A DNA stretch of 64,000 nt, taken from the NCBI GenBank assembly GCA_039915545.1, contig JBDSNC010000301.1, positions 4,977 through 68,976 on the forward strand. Direction: 5' to 3'. Under the pieces are notes generated by a model, which worked only from the letters and a program-made list of their open reading frames with translations, ran no database searches and was not told the DNA's origin. This stretch comes from Luteolibacter sp. Lineage in GTDB: Bacteria; Verrucomicrobiota; Verrucomicrobiia; Verrucomicrobiales; Akkermansiaceae. Both the position numbers and the translations under genes were made by a program. The stretch's first letter is position 1. Each line of letters opens with the position of its first letter. Below, piece after piece: positions 1 through 9,464 of the stretch.

Positions 1-3000
1 CCCCAAGGCCTTGTGACCACGGCCCGCTTTGAATACGGCACCACTCCCGCCTACGGTTCCAACGCGCCGGTCACCTTGTCCCCCGACAACGGCACCGGAT
101 TCCAAACGGTCAGCGCGGCATTGGGCGGATTGCAGGAAGGCACGCTCTATCACTATCGACTGGTGGCATCGAATTCCGGAAACCCCGCTTCCGGCGTGGA
201 CCGGACATTCACCACCGCGTCCCTCTTCGACTATAGCGTTGAGAACAACGAGGTGGTCATCACCGGTTACAACGGCACCCAGACCGCACTGGTCATCCCT
301 GCCACCATTGGCGGCCTGCCGGTCACGAAAATCGATGACTATGCCTTGAACGGATACGATTTCACCAGCGTGGTCATCCCGTCCGGGGTTACCACCATCG
401 GTGAGGGCGCCTTCGGGGAATGTGAGGTGCTCACGACCGTGACCCTGCCGGCGACGCTCACCACCATCGGCGACGAGGCGTTTTCCGAGTGTTATCATTT
501 GGCCGCGCTCAGCTTGCCCCCGGGTCTCACCACCATCGGCTACGCGGCTTTTTCCAACTGTTATGCCTTGGCCTCGCTCAGCCTGCCCTCAGGGCTCACC
601 ACCATCGGGAACTCCGCCTTCGATTCGTGCGAAAGCTTGACCACGATGTTGGTCCCCGCCTCCGTGTCGAGCCTAGGCAGCGGTGCCTTCTCCGATTGTG
701 CCAAATTGTCGTCCGTCACCCTGCCTGCCAGCCTCACCTCCATCCGCTCATCTCTCTTCCGCGGTTGCAGCAGCCTCAGCTCCCTGACGATCCCCGCAGG
801 CGTGACCTCCATCGGCGGCGCGGCCTTCAACAACTGCCGCAGCCTCACTTCGCTCGCCATCCCCGCGGGCGTGACCGACATCGGCTACTCGGCCTTTTCC
901 GGATGCATTGGCCTCACCACGATGTCGCTGCCGGCCGGGCTTGAAACCATTGAGGAATCGCTTTTCTCCGGTTGCCCGGGTCTCACCAGCGTGGTGATCC
1001 CCGCCGGGGTCACCAGTGTCGGCGAATACGCGTTCCAAGGCTGTTCGAAACTCAGCGGGATCAACCTGCCCGCCGGTGTCACCACCATCGATTCTTACGC
1101 CTTCAGCGGGTGTACAAGTCTGACCGGGATCGTCCTGCCGGCGGGAGTCACCTATCTCGGGTATGGAGCATTTCGAGACTGCCGCGGCATCCTCGGCTTC
1201 ACCGTTCCGGCAGGCGTCACCAGCATCCGGGAGGAGACGTTTTCCGGTTGCACCGCGCTGGCGGCCATCGCGCTGGGAGGCAACATCACCAGCATCGGCG
1301 AGTCCGCCTTCATGAATTGCCGCAGTCTGGCCTCCATCAACCTCCCCTACAACCTCGCCACCATCGATGACTCGGCGTTCCAGAATTGCACCAGCCTGAC
1401 CACCATCAGCTTCCCGCCCTTTGTGAGCTATATCGGCGGCTCGGTATTCAACGGCTGCCCGCTGCTCAACGCCTTGAATGTGGACGCGCTGAACACGAAC
1501 TATTCGAGCGCCTCCGGGGTCTTGTATAACAAGGCAATGACCACCCTCGTCAAATGTCCTCCGGCGAAGACCGGGGCCGTTTCCATACCTGCCGGCGTTA
1601 CCACCGTCCGTTACCAGGCGTTTTCCGACTGCCTGGGAATCACCGGCGTCACCTTGCCTAACAGTGTGATGTCCCTCGGCGAAGAGACCTTCAGGAATTG
1701 CCGGAAACTGGCGGCCATCACCCTGCCCAGCGGCCTCACCCAGATTGAGTACGGGACGTTTTACGGTTGTGCGAGCCTGACCGGAATTTCCATCCCGTCC
1801 GGAGTGACATCCATCGGTGAAGATGCCTTCAGCGGTTGCGGAAAACTCGCCTCGGTCGCATTCCCTGCCGCCCTGCTGACGATCGACGAAGATGCGTTTT
1901 CCGGCTGCGGTAGTTTGGCAGCGGTCACGCTTCCTGTCGGTTTGACAAGCATTGGCGATCAGGCCTTCGAGTGGTGTTCCAGCCTGACAGGCATCACCAT
2001 TCCCAAGAATGTCGATGATCTCGGTTACGCCGTATTTTCCGGTTGCTCCTCACTGCTGGCCATCACCGTGGATCCCCTGAATACCGAATTTAGCAGCGCC
2101 GCAGGGGTCCTGTTCGACAAGGACAAGACCACGCTCATCAAATATCCCGAGGCCGCCGCCGGAAATTACGCCATCCCGGGCACCGTGACAGACATCGAAT
2201 CCTCCGCGTTCCGTTACTCCCGCAAGCTCACCGGAGTCACCATCCCCTCGACAGTCACTTCAATCGGAGAATACGCGTTCCACTCGTGCAGCAGCCTGAA
2301 GGCGGCGGTGATACCTGCGGGCGTTGAGGAAATTCACGACCATACGTTCGCCTACTGCACCAGCCTTGCCTCGGTCACGCTCAACGACGGACTTTACGAA
2401 ATCAATTCTGAGGCATTCACCGGCTGCACCAGCCTGAAGTCCATCATGATTCCCGCCAGCGTGGGCTACCTCGGGAGCAACGTCTTTTCCGGCTCCGCTC
2501 TCGTCACCGCCCACTTCCTCGGCTCCGTTCCCGACATGGAAGAGGACGTCTTCGAGCCGGTTTCCAGCAACTTCAAAATCTACTTTCTAAACGACTCCTT
2601 CGGCTTCAATGCTCCGTTCTGGTATGGCCGTCCTGCAGTGGGCGTGGACGAATTCGCGCCGGAAATCGAAGTCCGGCAGCTCGCTGGAGTCAGTTTGGTG
2701 GACGCCGTCTCCACCATTTCCTATGGCAACATCGCCCTGCCATTGTCCGTGTCGAAAACGTTCACCATCACTAACACCGGCTCCCTTGACCTGACCGGCC
2801 TGCTGGTCACGGTGAACGGCACCCATTCGGCGAACTTCACCATGACCGCAGTTCCGGCATCCGTGATCAGCGGCGGCGGCAGTACCACATTCACCGTAAA
2901 ATTCACCCCCTCCGGCCCGGGTGTCCGCAGTGCCACCCTGCACATCGCCAGCAACGACAGCAATGAAAGCCCCTTCGACATCGCTCTCAACGGCACCGGT

Positions 3001-3660
3001 TTGACCCCGGAGATCGCGGTCGTCCAAGGCACGGACCTCGTCGACGGCACCTCCAAAGTCAGCTTCGGCAGCACTAAGATCGGTTCGGCCGGTGTCGTCA
3101 AAATCTTCACCATCAAGAACCTCGGCAATGCCACCCTCTCGGGTCTCGCCGTCACCAAAAACGGCACCGCTGCCGCCAACTACACCGTCGGCACCTTGGG
3201 GGTGCAATCCATTGCCCCCGGAGCCACCACCACCCTCAAGGTCACCTTCAAACCTTCCGCCACCGGGACGCGCACCGCTGCCATCCAAATCGCCAGCAAC
3301 GATCTGAACGAAAAACCCTTCGACATCACCCTCACCGGCACCGGAATCGCCGCAGCCAAGGGCACGAAGCTGACATCCGCCACCCTCGCCTTGTGGGGTG
3401 CTTCGTCCATTTCCGGATCGCCAGTCAGCCGGGGTAGGCAAGTCATCGACGGCCGCCAATACCTCACGCTCACCTATCGAAAATCCTCATCTCCGCAAGA
3501 CCGTGAACCCGTCGTCGAAGTGTCCCGTGATCTGCTCGACTGGCTCAGCGGAAAAAGCCACACCACAGAAGTCTTCAATGGTGGCGGCGTCGTCACCATC
3601 CGTGACAACACCCCCATCACCTCCGGCGTGAAGCGCTACATCCGTCTCAGGAAAGACTAA
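1..3660 (+). CDS. BspA-family leucine-rich-repeat (LRR_5) surface protein with an N-terminal FN3-like domain, two choice-of-anchor-D/ASH-type Ig domains and a C-terminal sorting-like domain; 5'-truncated by the window
   Basis: Frame is open from base 1. Many repeats of LxxIxIPxGVTxIGxxAFxGC; two APEIxV...FTIxNxG...IASNDxNExPF domains; ends VEVSRDLLDW...KRYIRLRKD. Confidence 0.9.
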   Translation, partial: PQGLVTTARFEYGTTPAYGSNAPVTLSPDNGTGFQTVSAALGGLQEGTLYHYRLVASNSGNPASGVDRTFTTASLFDYSVENNEVVITGYNGTQTALVIPATIGGLPVTKIDDYALNGYDFTSVVIPSGVTTIGEGAFGECEVLTTVTLPATLTTIGDEAFSECYHLAALSLPPGLTTIGYAAFSNCYALASLSLPSGLTTIGNSAFDSCESLTTMLVPASVSSLGSGAFSDCAKLSSVTLPASLTSIRSSLFRGCSSLSSLTIPAGVTSIGGAAFNNCRSLTSLAIPAGVTDIGYSAFSGCIGLTTMSLPAGLETIEESLFSGCPGLTSVVIPAGVTSVGEYAFQGCSKLSGINLPAGVTTIDSYAFSGCTSLTGIVLPAGVTYLGYGAFRDCRGILGFTVPAGVTSIREETFSGCTALAAIALGGNITSIGESAFMNCRSLASINLPYNLATIDDSAFQNCTSLTTISFPPFVSYIGGSVFNGCPLLNALNVDALNTNYSSASGVLYNKAMTTLVKCPPAKTGAVSIPAGVTTVRYQAFSDCLGITGVTLPNSVMSLGEETFRNCRKLAAITLPSGLTQIEYGTFYGCASLTGISIPSGVTSIGEDAFSGCGKLASVAFPAALLTIDEDAFSGCGSLAAVTLPVGLTSIGDQAFEWCSSLTGITIPKNVDDLGYAVFSGCSSLLAITVDPLNTEFSSAAGVLFDKDKTTLIKYPEAAAGNYAIPGTVTDIESSAFRYSRKLTGVTIPSTVTSIGEYAFHSCSSLKAAVIPAGVEEIHDHTFAYCTSLASVTLNDGLYEINSEAFTGCTSLKSIMIPASVGYLGSNVFSGSALVTAHFLGSVPDMEEDVFEPVSSNFKIYFLNDSFGFNAPFWYGRPAVGVDEFAPEIEVRQLAGVSLVDAVSTISYGNIALPLSVSKTFTITNTGSLDLTGLLVTVNGTHSANFTMTAVPASVISGGGSTTFTVKFTPSGPGVRSATLHIASNDSNESPFDIALNGTGLTPEIAVVQGTDLVDGTSKVSFGSTKIGSAGVVKIFTIKNLGNATLSGLAVTKNGTAAANYTVGTLGVQSIAPGATTTLKVTFKPSATGTRTAAIQIASNDLNEKPFDITLTGTGIAAAKGTKLTSATLALWGASSISGSPVSRGRQVIDGRQYLTLTYRKSSSPQDREPVVEVSRDLLDWLSGKSHTTEVFNGGGVVTIRDNTPITSGVKRYIRLRKD

Positions 3661-3756
3661 CCATCCGGCAGCCCCATTCCCCCCGGTCACCTGCCTCTCC
3701 CACGGGATCGGCAGCGGTACCCTGAAAAGTCCAATCTCCCACCAAATACCAAAACG

Positions 3757-4383
3757 ATGAACATCCATTCCAAAATCAAAGTTCTCCTGCTCCTGGGAGG
3801 AACCATCACAGCCTTTCAATCCGCCTCGGCTGCCCCCCCTTCTGAAAAAAAACCGGCAGACTCCGGCCAGAATACCGCTCCAACCGCCGAGGAACCGTCC
3901 CAGCGCTCGACAAACCCCTCTCCCGCCCCCGCGGGTGCCGCCGCTCTGACCCCGAAGTCATTGACCAAAGGCACGGTTTTAAGAATCAAGATCGCTCTCA
4001 CCACCACCACCGTTTGGAACGGGGATAAATATAGCACCGAGACAGAAAGCGAACTAAACGAAGAGAGCTTCACTTGGAAGACTCCGACTTCCTACGCAGA
4101 TCCAGACGCAGACGAATTTTCATGCGTTTACAAGAAAATCGACAACTTCACGGGCCAGATCACTTTCAATCAGACTAAAAACAGCGATGGGACATTAGCG
4201 GAAGAGCATGGAAAAGGAAAACTCATCCTGCTTTTCACCAGCTACGATGCTGCCACGGGCACCCTTTTCGGCACCGTCGTCACATCCGAGAGCTACATAG
4301 GGAACGGCTCAAGTGACGAGCAATCCGGCAACTATGCGGACTCCGCCAGTGGCAGTGGAATCTTCTCTCTCAAGATCAAGTAG
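3757..4383 (+). CDS. Secreted hypothetical protein (module gene A); paralog of 10383-11000
   Basis: Signal peptide MNIHSKIKVLLLLGG...ASA, Pro/Ser/Thr linker, and blocks identical to the paralog (AALTPKSLTKGTVL, DEFSCVYKKIDNFT, SGSGIFSLKIK). Confidence 0.85.
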   Translation: MNIHSKIKVLLLLGGTITAFQSASAAPPSEKKPADSGQNTAPTAEEPSQRSTNPSPAPAGAAALTPKSLTKGTVLRIKIALTTTTVWNGDKYSTETESELNEESFTWKTPTSYADPDADEFSCVYKKIDNFTGQITFNQTKNSDGTLAEEHGKGKLILLFTSYDAATGTLFGTVVTSESYIGNGSSDEQSGNYADSASGSGIFSLKIK

Positions 4384-4422
4384 CCTCCGCAGCCCCCCTC
4401 CGAATTCCATCAACCTTTCTTT

Positions 4423-4503
4423 CCCACAGTGGATTGCAAGCCCGCACGCGGCCGGTTCCGGATCCCCCCCCGTCAGTTGAATCTCGTTTCCGGCCGCGTG
4501 CGG
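4423..4503. repeat. Conserved intergenic hairpin element, copy 1
   Basis: Perfect 14-bp inverted repeat ccgcacgcggccgg (4442-4455) / ccggccgcgtgcgg (4490-4503), preceded by gtggattgcaag; second copy at 11039-11124. Confidence 0.75.
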
Positions 4504-4545
4504 CATCCCCCCTCCTTTCTCCTATCACCCAAAGCCCGATCAACC

Positions 4546-5784
4546 ATGAAAAACGCACTTCTTACCTGCTGTGTCCTGCCTCTCGTTCCCAACCTGCGAG
4601 CGGCTTCCAGCACAACTGGTTTCGCCTCTGAACCAAACGAACAAATCGCAAGAAAACTCCGGACCTACTTGGGGAACTTGGTTGCAGGAGTGACGTGGAT
4701 CGTCACGGGATTGACATTCACAAGCCCGGTCCATGCAGTGGATCTCTATAGCACGGGGTTCAACAATCCGCCATTTGTGTTGGGCGTGAACACTTGGGCA
4801 GGGACCGATGGCTGGATGAGTAACGACACGGTTGCCGGAATCCAGGGAATAGTGGGCGACTCGAGCTACCAGGAGGCATATCTTGGCTTCAACACCACAT
4901 CAGCGGCATCCAACTACGTCTATAGAAAATTTAACTATGATCCGGTTATCCAGCAGAATCCGATGGTCGACTTCGGCATGGACATCGCAATTCGCGACTC
5001 AACCAACGGAAAATACGACAAATTTCACCTTCAAATTTACAATTCTGCCGGCGAATTCCTTGGTGGCATGTATTTTTCAAACAGCGACTTGCATATTTTT
5101 AAGGCCGATGGAGTAACCGCCACCGATACCGGAGTAAAATTCACGAACGACATACGGCAGCGTCTGACTTTTAGTATTAATTTCGCGACCAACATGTGGT
5201 CGGCGAGTCACAACGGAACGCCTCTTTTCACGAATTCTTCTTTCCATGGTGGAACAAAATCATTGAACTTCGGCGATATTACCTATTTGTGGGCAGTGGC
5301 TACAACAGGCTCTCCAGGAAACAACTACCTGACTGTCGATAATCTCACGATTTCAGCGACGTCTGGCGGCTCCCCCTACGCGACATGGCAGGCAGGATTC
5401 TTTAATTCCACTCAGCTCGCCAATCCCGCCATCAGCGGCGACAATGTGGACTTTGACAAGGACGGCATCGCCAACCTCCTCGAATACCTTCTCGGCGGCA
5501 GCCCCACTTTACCGGATTCCGGCTTACTTCCCACCTTGGCCACCACCCCGGTATCCGGCGGTCGCAATCTAATCGTTTCCTACAAACGCAAGCTTGCCGC
5601 CACCGGGGTTACTTATCTCATTGAAAGCAATTCCGCGCTTTCCTCTACTTGGATACCCGCCATCCACGGCCAGAACGGCGTCACAATCATAACGACTCCG
5701 GTAGATGCCCAAACCGAACAGATAACCGCCACCATCCCTACGGCAGGCGCCATGGGTTTTGCCCGGTTAAGAGCCACTCGATAG
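4546..5784 (+). CDS. Secreted beta-rich (lectin/ConA-like) protein with DxDxDG-EY motif and C-terminal sorting-like domain; chimeric N-terminus
   Basis: Likely start ATG 4546 (MKNALLTCCVLPL), followed by a second signal-like stretch ending SPVHA. C-terminus DFDKDGIANLLEYLLG...YLIESNSALSSTW...FARLRATR. Confidence 0.75.
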   Translation: MKNALLTCCVLPLVPNLRAASSTTGFASEPNEQIARKLRTYLGNLVAGVTWIVTGLTFTSPVHAVDLYSTGFNNPPFVLGVNTWAGTDGWMSNDTVAGIQGIVGDSSYQEAYLGFNTTSAASNYVYRKFNYDPVIQQNPMVDFGMDIAIRDSTNGKYDKFHLQIYNSAGEFLGGMYFSNSDLHIFKADGVTATDTGVKFTNDIRQRLTFSINFATNMWSASHNGTPLFTNSSFHGGTKSLNFGDITYLWAVATTGSPGNNYLTVDNLTISATSGGSPYATWQAGFFNSTQLANPAISGDNVDFDKDGIANLLEYLLGGSPTLPDSGLLPTLATTPVSGGRNLIVSYKRKLAATGVTYLIESNSALSSTWIPAIHGQNGVTIITTPVDAQTEQITATIPTAGAMGFARLRATR

Positions 5785-5842
5785 AATTCACTTACCACCC
5801 CCGTGGGTCACGTTCCTATAATCAACTGATATTATGAAAACC

Positions 5843-6223
5843 ATGAAAAACGCACTCTTCACCTGCTGTGTCCTGCCTCTCCTCATCACTTCAACCGCCC
5901 ACGCCGGCATCAACGGAATCTACAAAGTCAGCGGCACCGAGACAGAGAACGGGAAGAAATTCTCCTTCAACGGCACTGTGAAAGTCTCCAACTACAAAAC
6001 TGGCAAATATTCCTTATTATTCAACGACGGCGACCCCGCCACGTTCACCTTCACCTTCAGTAAGGTGCTGAAAGATAACAGCCCGTCGCAAACCGTCGCC
6101 TGTTCATCCAGCCAGGGAAACGGAAGCGCAACATTCAAGAAAGTCAACGGCCTCTACAAAGTGCAGTTCACCTACAAAGCCAAGGGAGCCCCTATCAGCG
6201 GATCCGGCTCGGGTTCCAAGTAA
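5843..6223 (+). CDS. Small secreted beta-barrel-like hypothetical protein (module gene B); paralog of 11168-11554
   Basis: Signal peptide MKNALFTCCVLPLLITSTAHA; GING(I)YKVSGTET...GSGSGSK shared with the paralog. Alternative start at 5834. Confidence 0.85.
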   Translation: MKNALFTCCVLPLLITSTAHAGINGIYKVSGTETENGKKFSFNGTVKVSNYKTGKYSLLFNDGDPATFTFTFSKVLKDNSPSQTVACSSSQGNGSATFKKVNGLYKVQFTYKAKGAPISGSGSGSK

Positions 6224-6402
6224 ACTGGAGGGCACCTCAAGCATCGCCCGAATCTAGTTCATTTGTAATGAAGTCATCAACACTTGCATCGCCTGAAAGG
6301 CCGATGAACCCTCAATAAACTTCGCCTACATCTACACCCACCCTCGCGCCCAGCCCACAGGCTGTTTCAGGAGACTCTCGCCAAAGCACTTTTCCAGCAG
6401 TT

Positions 6403-7557
6403 ATGGGCCCGTTCCGCACTTCGATCATTCTAGCAATCACCTCCGTTCTTATTTCACATGCGTCCGCCTCTGATGCAAGGCTAACGGGATTCTGGATTCG
6501 GGCGACGGCCGGGGTGCCGAGCGCGAGGTGGACCCTCTCAGCCGGCGGAACGGGCGTCTATGAGGTCGATTTCGCCCCCCCCTATCCGGGCTTCGTGCTC
6601 ACCAGCTATTTCACCTGGAGCACCAATGCGGCCAACAATTTATTCACCTACACCGTCAGCAGACAGACCGCAACGGGAAACGGTCCTTACACGTATGCCG
6701 AAAACGTCAGCCCGCCGAAGACCTACTCTGCACCCTATACGGTCACTGGTAGCACCAACAAGATCTGGGCCTACGAGACTTACACCTACGCCCAAGCAGC
6801 CAGCGTGACTGAAGGAAACACGATCACGGCTGGAACTCTCGACACGTTCTTCAACAAAACCGGCCTCATCCAGCTGGACGATGCCGCACCGATGGGGGCC
6901 ACTCTCGGTGGAGAGGGAATGGTGATCCAGCCTGCAGATGGCAAAATCCTTGTCGCGAGCCGCGTTGACAATGCGGATGATAGCACCAGTTTCGGGCTCA
7001 CCCGCTACGAACCTGGTGGTGCGCTGGACAAGACGTTCAATGCAACTGGGACTCGGTTCACTAATTTCGGTGATACCTCCGATTTTGCCGCTAGCTTGGC
7101 GGTCGATCCCCACGATGGAAAGATCGTCGTCGTAGGCAAAGCCACCAACTCTGTCGCTCTGGCCCGGCACACAATTAACGGGGCGCTCGACACGAGCTTC
7201 AATGGCACGGGAAAAGTGCTCACCGACGTCGCCGGCGGCTATTTGCAGGTCTATGATGTCGCGATCCATCCGTCCAACGGAAAGATCGTAGTGGTGGGCT
7301 CCGAGGGGAACAGCCTCCTCGTGTTACGCTATCTGTCCAATGGCGATCTCGACACGACCTTCAATGGGACTGGCAGGGCAGTGATCAACGAGGGCATCGG
7401 AAACTGCGTTGCGATCCAGCCCGCGGATGGGAAGATCGTAGTAGGGGGACGCAGCACCGCACTGGGCTACACGATCTGGCGCTTCAACATCGACGGCACA
7501 CTCGACACCACCTTCAACTCGGCCGGAGTGTTGCCGGGGGCATTTGGAATACCCTAA
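6403..7557 (+). CDS. Secreted protein with an N-terminal beta domain (module gene C domain) and delta-60 repeats; repeat array appears incomplete
   Basis: Signal peptide; repeats of IQPxDGKIVVxG...RYxxxGxLDxTFNxTG; only about four repeats before the stop. Confidence 0.8.
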   Translation: MGPFRTSIILAITSVLISHASASDARLTGFWIRATAGVPSARWTLSAGGTGVYEVDFAPPYPGFVLTSYFTWSTNAANNLFTYTVSRQTATGNGPYTYAENVSPPKTYSAPYTVTGSTNKIWAYETYTYAQAASVTEGNTITAGTLDTFFNKTGLIQLDDAAPMGATLGGEGMVIQPADGKILVASRVDNADDSTSFGLTRYEPGGALDKTFNATGTRFTNFGDTSDFAASLAVDPHDGKIVVVGKATNSVALARHTINGALDTSFNGTGKVLTDVAGGYLQVYDVAIHPSNGKIVVVGSEGNSLLVLRYLSNGDLDTTFNGTGRAVINEGIGNCVAIQPADGKIVVGGRSTALGYTIWRFNIDGTLDTTFNSAGVLPGAFGIP

Positions 7558-7682
7558 TGAGCCCCGTCGCCAGCGCCTCTGGTGGAATTTCCTTCGTTGA
7601 CGATTCCCCACCACCGGGCAGCGCGTTCTATCGGATCGCGAAACCATGACCCTGCCAAGACGGCTTCCCATTTCCTTATTTT

Positions 7683-8318
7683 ATGAAATTTCTCCTCATC
7701 TTTCCCCTCGTCTCCCTAGCAGGGCTCAACTGCCATGCGGCCACCACCTACAACGGCACCTGGTCGGTCTCCACCGCCATCCCGGACAACGATGATACCG
7801 GCTTCAGCAGCACCAAGTCCCTTGCCGTCAGCGGCACCGCCACGATCACCTCGGTCACCGTGGATCTGATCTTCAGTGGCGGTTGGAATGGCGACCTCTA
7901 CGCCTATCTCTCGCACGATGGACAAATTTCCATCCTTCTGAACCGTGTGGGCCGCACCTCGGGAAATCCAGATGGCTTCGCCTCTTCCGGGATGACAGTC
8001 TCCCTCACCGACACCGCTCCACTCGACATCCACACCGCGCTCGGTAACAGCGGAACTCCCAGTGGCACCTTCCAGCCGGACGGTCGTGCCACCGATCCCT
8101 TGAACACGCTGGATGCGGATGCCCGCACCAACTTCCTCTCGGTTTTTAACGGTCACGACGCCTCCGGGAACTGAACGCTCTTCATCGCGGACCAGGCATC
8201 GGGCGAGGCCTCCGTTGTCGAGAATTGGTCGCTCCACGCCACCACGGTACCGGAGCCGTCCTTACTTTCTCTCACCCTACTGCCTCTCGGCGGCCTTCTG
8301 CTCAGAAGAAAGCGCTGA
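7683..8318 (+). pseudogene. PEP-CTERM protein with proprotein-convertase P-like domain, interrupted by an in-frame TGA at 8172-8174
   Basis: Reading through the TGA gives ...SGN*TLFIADQASGEASVVENWSL...VPEPSLLSLTLLPLGGLLLRRKR (stop 8316-8318). The TGA sits where the Trp of GxWTL is expected. Confidence 0.85.
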
Positions 8319-8408
8319 TCTACCGGAAGGCCGTCATCTGAAAAATTCCGTGCGGACATTTTTCGAAAGCAGCGACTGCCTCTCTCCATCCCAGGAACTC
8401 AGAGTGGT

Positions 8409-8425
8409 AAACTCTTTCCCACGAT
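8409..8425. repeat. 17-bp direct repeat, putative att junction, copy 1
   Basis: aaactctttcccacgat is identical at 19710-19726; similarity continues to cggcttg. Confidence 0.7.
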
Positions 8426-8523
8426 GATGACGACCGGCTTGTCAGCGCCCCGGCGTTGACCTCGACCTCGACTTCCTGGTCATCGACTCCGCGCAAGGCG
8501 GCTGAAAATAGACGGGTAATCAT
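8417..8523 (-). pseudogene. comM: 5' fragment of comM/YifB Mg-chelatase-like ATPase, with a 1-nt frameshift and truncation after IVG
   Basis: ATG 8523: MITRLFSAALRGVDDQEVEVEVNA; after a 1-nt shift, GADKPVVIIVG. This matches the ComM N-terminus (SAAxxGVDAxxVEVEV...IVGLPD), but LPD is replaced by KS. Confidence 0.75.
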
Positions 8524-8535
8524 ACGAACACCCGA

Positions 8536-8564
8536 ACAGTAAAAACTCCCTCGCACTCTGGCAA
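8536..8564 (-). promoter_or_regulatory. Sigma70-type promoter of the comM fragment
   Basis: Minus strand TTGCCA-17 nt-TACTGT, ending 12 nt upstream of the ATG at 8523. Confidence 0.55.
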
Positions 8565-8634
8565 GTGGAAAGAAAATTGGAGGCCCGATCAGCACCTGTC
8601 CGCGAGGATTCCTTGCCCTCAGTCGCTCGGCGTT

Positions 8635-9459
8635 TTAGGGACTCGGAATTGTTTTCGCTGTATTCTTCAGTTCAGCAAGAGCACTCAAAAGCTGGTGATG
8701 GTTTTCCAATCCCAATCGTTCGCGGATCGACCCAAGCCTTTTGTCCACAGAATCGCGACGAATTCCCAACTCACTTGCGATCCTGCTCCGCTTGCGGGAT
8801 CTCAAGAGTTCAGTAAGCAGCGTCACATCTTGTGTGCCAAGGGAAAGGACGGTCCCCGCATCCATCCGGGCATCTACAAATCCACACAAAACCCGCCAGT
8901 TCTTCTCCAATTGCTGCCGCTCTTCAATCCTCCGGCTGATCGCCCCAAGGCGGAGCCCCATGAACTTGAAAATCTGCTGATCCTGCTCCGAGAAATCCAG
9001 CGCCCGGCGATTCCAAGTCAGCACAATCCGCCGGTCCTTGAGCATGCTTGCCGTGTAAGAAATCTGATAAAGCGAATCGAGATGTCGATAGACCTCGCGA
9101 AACAGCGGATTCTCCCTGAAGGCTACGGATGTTTGGAAATCCGAAATCCTCTGCACCGTTTCGGTGCTGGCTGCCAGTTGGTTGGCCGCGATCACCGGGT
9201 GATACATCACGACTTCCCCGAACACTTCTACCAGTTCACCAAATATTCTGCCATACTCGGCGTTTGAACGATAGGATTGCAGTCCGCTCAGATCCCGTTC
9301 CCAATTATTCCAGCACAGGCAGTCGGCAGGGAGCAACCTACCTGCTTCCTCCATGAATCTCTCTTCAAGCTCATCCAGCGTTTCGAGATGCGCCAGGCCC
9401 ATCATCGTCCTGTCGATTTTGCGGGCCTTGGCTTCCGTGATATCTCTGAAATTCTCCAT
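8635..9459 (-). CDS. LuxR-type helix-turn-helix regulator with GAF-like N-terminal sensor domain
   Basis: C-terminal RSRIASELGIRRDSVDKRLGSIRERLG; likely start MENFRD at 9459, 5 nt after the upstream stop. Confidence 0.7.
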   Translation of the reverse strand: MENFRDITEAKARKIDRTMMGLAHLETLDELEERFMEEAGRLLPADCLCWNNWERDLSGLQSYRSNAEYGRIFGELVEVFGEVVMYHPVIAANQLAASTETVQRISDFQTSVAFRENPLFREVYRHLDSLYQISYTASMLKDRRIVLTWNRRALDFSEQDQQIFKFMGLRLGAISRRIEERQQLEKNWRVLCGFVDARMDAGTVLSLGTQDVTLLTELLRSRKRSRIASELGIRRDSVDKRLGSIRERLGLENHHQLLSALAELKNTAKTIPSP

Positions 9460-9464
9460 GCGGG

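Noticed and set aside
3694-3712. Possible third comM-type junction (ctctcccacgggatcggc)
   Set aside because: Only a short partial match, and it does not encode the IVG context.
4384-4545. Integron attC site
   Set aside because: No clear RYYYAAC/GTTRRRY ends and no integron integrase; retained only as an unexplained hairpin.
8172-8174. Alternative genetic code or selenocysteine
   Set aside because: TGA terminates many conserved genes in the window, and the aligned residue is Trp rather than Cys.
8526-8539. LexA box over the comM promoter (gaacacccgaaca)
   Set aside because: It is a direct repeat and does not fit the palindromic TGTTC-N4-GAACA motif reported for Verrucomicrobia.
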